Positions 60,199 to 64,000 of a stretch of DNA of 64,000 bases are shown here, piece after piece. The DNA lies in contig CAWAYO010000031.1 in assembly GCA_963786085.1 (NCBI GenBank), positions 1,465-65,464 of the forward strand, read 5' to 3'. The notes beneath the pieces are model-generated. The model searched no databases and had not been told where the DNA came from. It saw nothing but the letters and a program-made list of their open reading frames with translations. The position numbers and the translations under genes were made by a program. Numbering within the stretch: position 1 is the first letter of the stretch; every line of letters starts with the position of its first letter. This stretch comes from an uncultured Acidobacteriaceae bacterium. GTDB lineage: Bacteria; Acidobacteriota; Terriglobia; Terriglobales; Acidobacteriaceae.

Positions 60199-60480
60199 TT
60201 ACCGCGTGCGATCGCTCCGAGGGACGATGAGGAGTTCTGCGTCGGGAAGGGGGATGTCGGGTTAGCAGTGGGGAGACCCTGCTTCGGGCGAGAGGATCTG
60301 GATTCAAACAGGGCCGGGTGGCGGTTTCCCCTGAGCAAAAAGGACGCGGAACAGCGGGCGCGGACAAAAGTGTGCCTGCGCAGGCCGCGGTGCCGGCCAC
60401 GAATTGGGCTACTGGTCGGTTCATTCTGTCGCTCCGTGGCACGGTGAGCGCGGGTGGAGGGTGTGCTGCGCCCTTTTTTT
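60199..60480 (+). ncRNA. Candidate structured non-coding RNA ending in a terminator
   Basis: Several hand-identified stems with G-U pairs on the + strand; GGGTGT-GCT-GCGCCC then T7; no Rfam family recognised. Confidence 0.35.
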
Positions 60481-60735
60481 CCCAGAGTCCAAGCCTGGAG
60501 CGTTTCGCGCGATAACTCAAGATAACGTTTCCAGACCTATCCTGAGGACCGCGAGAGGACGCATATCCGCCGTGGTTTCAGCGTCATTGCAAGGCGAGTA
60601 AAGTACAAGGGAATGCGACTGTGAAGGGAAATCGACCGATTTTCCTGCCTGCGCGAGGCTAAGATGGCGACAACTGTCTCCTGCGGATGATAGGATCACA
60701 GGTTTTTGCGATACCCATTTTATTGGAGTCATCTT

Positions 60736-61932
60736 ATGAACGCGCCGGCAGCGGAGCAGAATGCCATATCCACCTATCCCTTTACGTTGACTGAGGATCA
60801 GGAGCAGCTGCGGAAAGAAATTCGAGATTTTGCGATGCGAGAGATCGCACCGAACGTTTCCCGATGGGATGAAGCCAGCGAATTTCCCGCCGATGTTGTG
60901 AAGCAGCTTGGGCAGATGGGCCTGCTGGGGGTCATTTTTCCGGTGGAGTATGGCGGAGCCGGGCTGGGTTATGTCGATTATGTGCTGGCCATCGAAGAGT
61001 TGTCGGCGGTGGACGGTTCCGTGGGCATCATTGTCGCGGCACATAATTCGCTGTGCACCAATCACATTTTCCTTGCCGGTAACGAGGAGCAGCGACAGAA
61101 GTATGTTCCTCGACTGGCCAGCGGTGAGTGGCTGGGGGCGTGGGGGCTGACAGAGCCCGGGTCGGGCTCGGACGCGGGCGCGGCGCGGACAACGGCATTG
61201 CGGAAGGGCGATCGATGGGTGCTGAACGGCAACAAGACGTTCATAACCAACGGCCATTACGCCGATGTGGCGGTGGTGATCGCTGCAACGGATCGCGAAC
61301 AGGGCACGCGTGGCCTCTCAGCGTTTGTGGTGGAAAAGGGAACTCCAGGGTTCCGGCCGGGCAAGAAGGAAAACAAGCTGGGCCTGCGGGCGAGTGACAC
61401 TTCCGAACTGATCTTTGAGGACTGCGAGATTCCCGAAGAGAACCTGCTGGGCAAGCTGGGCGAGGGATTTGTAGATTCGATGCGGGTGCTGGACGGTGGA
61501 CGGATCTCGATCGCGGCGCTGTCGCTGGGCATCGGGCGCGGGGCGCTGGATGCGTCAGTGAAATACGTGAAAGAGCGTAGACAGTTCGGAAAGGCGATCG
61601 CGGAGTTTCAGGGGATCCAGTGGAAGCTGGCCGATATGGCGACGGAACTCGATGCGGCTCGACTGCTCACCCAGCGCGCGGCGGTGCTCAAGGACGCCGG
61701 ACAGCGCGTGACGCGCGAATCGAGCATGGCGAAGCTGTACGCAAGCGAGGTCGCGGTGCGCATCTGCGATGAGGCTGTACAGCTGCATGGCGGATACGGG
61801 TTCATCAAGGATTATCCAGCGGAGAAGTTCTATCGCGACGTGAAGCTGTGCACGATCGGCGAGGGCACAAGCGAGATTCAGCGGATGGTTATTGGGCGGG
61901 AGATTCTGAAGGTTCATCCTTCGCGCGGGTGA
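60736..61932 (+). CDS. Acyl-CoA dehydrogenase
   Basis: [54 protein letters not shown]. Confidence 0.95.
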   Translation: MNAPAAEQNAISTYPFTLTEDQEQLRKEIRDFAMREIAPNVSRWDEASEFPADVVKQLGQMGLLGVIFPVEYGGAGLGYVDYVLAIEELSAVDGSVGIIVAAHNSLCTNHIFLAGNEEQRQKYVPRLASGEWLGAWGLTEPGSGSDAGAARTTALRKGDRWVLNGNKTFITNGHYADVAVVIAATDREQGTRGLSAFVVEKGTPGFRPGKKENKLGLRASDTSELIFEDCEIPEENLLGKLGEGFVDSMRVLDGGRISIAALSLGIGRGALDASVKYVKERRQFGKAIAEFQGIQWKLADMATELDAARLLTQRAAVLKDAGQRVTRESSMAKLYASEVAVRICDEAVQLHGGYGFIKDYPAEKFYRDVKLCTIGEGTSEIQRMVIGREILKVHPSRG

Positions 61933-62071
61933 CTAGCCGTCACAGGCCTTGAGCTTCGCGTGGCCGTTCCCAGTGGCGCGGGCTCGGCAGGTTTGGGGTG
62001 AGGTGAGGTCTGCCGTCACGCGTTTACGACCGTTCGCGTGTGGCCGCGGGCGAAGAGAAGAACAAGTCTCC

Positions 62072-62308
62072 GTGCCGTTTGCGAACCAGGAGGTAGATCG
62101 GTACACCTTCCGGATGCCGGGTCAGGCGACTTCCTATTTCTATGGATATACGAAACTGTTGCAGTTACGAAAGGATACGGAGGCGCAACTCGGGCCGAAA
62201 TTCGATCAGAAGGAGTTTCACGACTTCATTCTGACTCAGGGTTTGCTGCCACCCAATCTGATGCGCGAGGCGGTCATGGAAGACTTTATTCCGTCGCAAA
62301 AACAGTAG
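62072..62308 (+). pseudogene. C-terminal remnant of a DUF885 family gene
   Basis: EVDRYTFRMPGQATSYFYGY..L..LR..LG.KFD.KEFHD.IL..G.LP; the several hundred N-terminal residues are absent. Confidence 0.75.
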
Positions 62309-62320
62309 CGGACTCATTGC

Positions 62321-62359
62321 GCTGCTTCCGTTCCCGAGCGAGCGGAGGCAGCTTTGTTT
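62321..62359 (+). terminator. Intrinsic terminator after the DUF885 remnant
   Basis: GCTGCTTCCGTT..AGCGGAGGCAGC then TTTGTTT. Confidence 0.55.
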
Positions 62360-62373
62360 ATGATCGATTGCGA

Positions 62374-63354
62374 ATGCCTGTAGCAGCCAACGGAGTGAAG
62401 GATCTGGTCGAGCGAGTATGCGCCGGGGACGTGCGGGCGCTGGCGCGAGCGATTTCGCTGGTAGAGAACGACACTCCCGAGGCCATTGATGTGCTGTCAG
62501 GCTGTTTCCCGCATACTGGAGCGGCGCTACGAATCGGCGTGACGGGCTCACCGGGAGCAGGGAAGAGCACGCTGGTCGATAAGCTGGCACGTTCATGGCG
62601 CGCAGCAGGAAAGAGGGTAGGTGTGGTTGCTGTCGATCCAAGCAGCGCCTTTACCGGAGGCGCGATTCTCGGAGACCGCATCCGCATGGAGGAGGCGATC
62701 GGCGATAACGGACTCTACGTGCGGAGCATGGCGACGCGCGGGTGTCTTGGAGGATTGGCGCGCGCGACGGCTGACGTTTCTCAGGTGATTGAAGCCAGCG
62801 GAAAAGATGTAGTACTGATCGAGACGGTGGGTGTGGGGCAGGATGAAATTGATATTGTGAGGCTCGCGGATGTGACTCTGGTCGTGCTGGTTCCGGGAAT
62901 GGGAGACGATGTGCAGAGCATCAAGGCGGGGATCATGGAGATAGCTGACATTTTCGTGATTAACAAGGCAGATCGCGAAGGAGCGGACCGGGTGGAGAAG
63001 GAGATTCGTGCGCTGCAGTCATTGGGCGGACGGAATGAGTCATGGGTCGCACCGATCGTGAAGACGATCGCCACCACCGGCGAGGGCGTCGATGATCTCT
63101 TGGGGGCTATCGAGCAGATGAGAGAGTGGCTGGGCGCGGAGGGACGCCTGCGGGCGCGGCGCAAATCCTATTGGCAGGAGCGAATCGAGGAGATGGTGCG
63201 GCAGGCTTTGCTGAAAGAGGCGCGCACTCATGGCTTGAGCAGCGAGCAATTCGCGGAGCATGCGGAGCGGGTCGCGTCGGGGCAGGAAGATCCATATCGG
63301 CTGGTACCAAGCCTTGTCGCCCAGGTCTTCGACGCGCGTGGAGCGCATTCATGA
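62374..63354 (+). CDS. meaB: Methylmalonyl-CoA mutase-associated GTPase
   Basis: LARAISLVE, GSPGAGKST, DPSS.FTGGAILGDRIRM, ETVGVGQ, NKAD. Confidence 0.95.
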   Translation: MPVAANGVKDLVERVCAGDVRALARAISLVENDTPEAIDVLSGCFPHTGAALRIGVTGSPGAGKSTLVDKLARSWRAAGKRVGVVAVDPSSAFTGGAILGDRIRMEEAIGDNGLYVRSMATRGCLGGLARATADVSQVIEASGKDVVLIETVGVGQDEIDIVRLADVTLVVLVPGMGDDVQSIKAGIMEIADIFVINKADREGADRVEKEIRALQSLGGRNESWVAPIVKTIATTGEGVDDLLGAIEQMREWLGAEGRLRARRKSYWQERIEEMVRQALLKEARTHGLSSEQFAEHAERVASGQEDPYRLVPSLVAQVFDARGAHS

Positions 63355-63749
63355 CCAAAATCGACCATCTGGGCATTGCCGTGAACAGCATTCGGTCGTC
63401 TCGGGGTTTTTATGAGGCGCTGGGCCTGAATGTAGAGCATGAAGAAACGGTGGAGCATGAGCAGGTCCGTGTCGCGATGATTCCATTGGACGAAAGCCGC
63501 ATCGAGTTGCTGGAACCCACGAATGAGGATTCGCCGGTAGGCCGATTTCTCAAAAAGCGCGGCGAAGGACTGCATCATGTAGCACTGCACGTCAAGGATA
63601 TCGCGGGCACACTGCAGGCTTTGAAGGCTAAGGGCGTCCGGTTGATATCGGACGAAGTTCGAGTGGGCGCTGGCGGGCACCTATATTTTTTTGTGCACCC
63701 GTCGAGCGCAGGTGGCGTGCTACTGGAAATCTGCCAGGATCCGGTCTGA
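63351..63749 (+). CDS. mce: Methylmalonyl-CoA epimerase
   Basis: IDHLGIAV, IELLEP, GEGLHHVA, FVHP..GGVLLE. Confidence 0.93.
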   Translation: MTKIDHLGIAVNSIRSSRGFYEALGLNVEHEETVEHEQVRVAMIPLDESRIELLEPTNEDSPVGRFLKKRGEGLHHVALHVKDIAGTLQALKAKGVRLISDEVRVGAGGHLYFFVHPSSAGGVLLEICQDPV

Positions 63750-63752
63750 ACG

Positions 63753-64000
63753 ATGCTGCTTGGAATAGATACCTGCGGCGGATTGGGCACGGTTGCGCTG
63801 GCGCGATGGAATGGTGGAGCGATCAGCGTGCTCGGACAAAAGGAGCTCGCCGGAAAGACATATTCGGCCGAGCTTGTGCCAAAAATACAGGAGCTTCTGG
63901 AGGAACAGGGAGTCGGACTTCAGGAACTGGAGGCCGTTGTCGTGGTCCATGGCCCTGGTAGTTTCACCGGCGTGCGAATCGGTGTGAGTTCGGCCAAGGC
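63753..64000 (+). CDS. tsaB: tRNA threonylcarbamoyladenosine biosynthesis protein TsaB (runs off window edge)
   Basis: Manual translation MLLGIDTCGG...SAELVPKI...GPGSFTGVRIGVSSAK. Confidence 0.92.
   Translation, partial: MLLGIDTCGGLGTVALARWNGGAISVLGQKELAGKTYSAELVPKIQELLEEQGVGLQELEAVVVVHGPGSFTGVRIGVSSAK

Noticed and set aside
62374-63749. meaB-mce without an adjacent methylmalonyl-CoA mutase
   Set aside because: The mutase is often encoded elsewhere; absence from a 64-kb window is uninformative

Overview
High-GC bacterial chromosome segment, most likely Acidobacteriota (Acidobacteriaceae-like). This is inferred from PadR+ADOP orphan-permease loci, two carboxypeptidase-regulatory-domain (Oar-like) TonB-dependent receptors and CRTAC1/ASPIC-UnbV genes. 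Both ends are housekeeping: sucD-sucC, trpD, trpS-scpA-[pit]-scpB-rluB-msrA on the left, and acyl-CoA dehydrogenase, meaB, mce and tsaB on the right. The middle (about 12-60.5 kb) is accessory. It holds a GH43 arabinanase, a membrane-anchored TIR protein, a TPR/CRTAC1/heptaheme cytochrome c/TonB module, three ADOP permeases with two PadR regulators, a multicopper oxidase, a CGNR-zinc-finger locus, a second TonB receptor plus permease, mtnB-mtnD-mtnC, a GH32, and an ECF sigma/Ser-Thr kinase pair. About a dozen genes, including the normally essential trpS, are broken by single-base indels or point stops, which looks like long-read assembly error rather than biology. No rRNA, tRNA, CRISPR, transposase or integrase was recognised. 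The best leads are: (i) two diverged, inverted copies of a 215-295 bp non-coding element (promoter-like box, hairpin, 23-nt repeats on a 29-bp period, GGGGGAGGGGGTA end) around the CRTAC1-cytochrome-TonB block; (ii) that uncharacterised module itself; (iii) a ~280-nt putative structured RNA at 60.2-60.5 kb; and (iv) readable candidate operators for poorly studied regulators (CGNR/ABATE, acidobacterial PadR, Pho-like, LacI-like).
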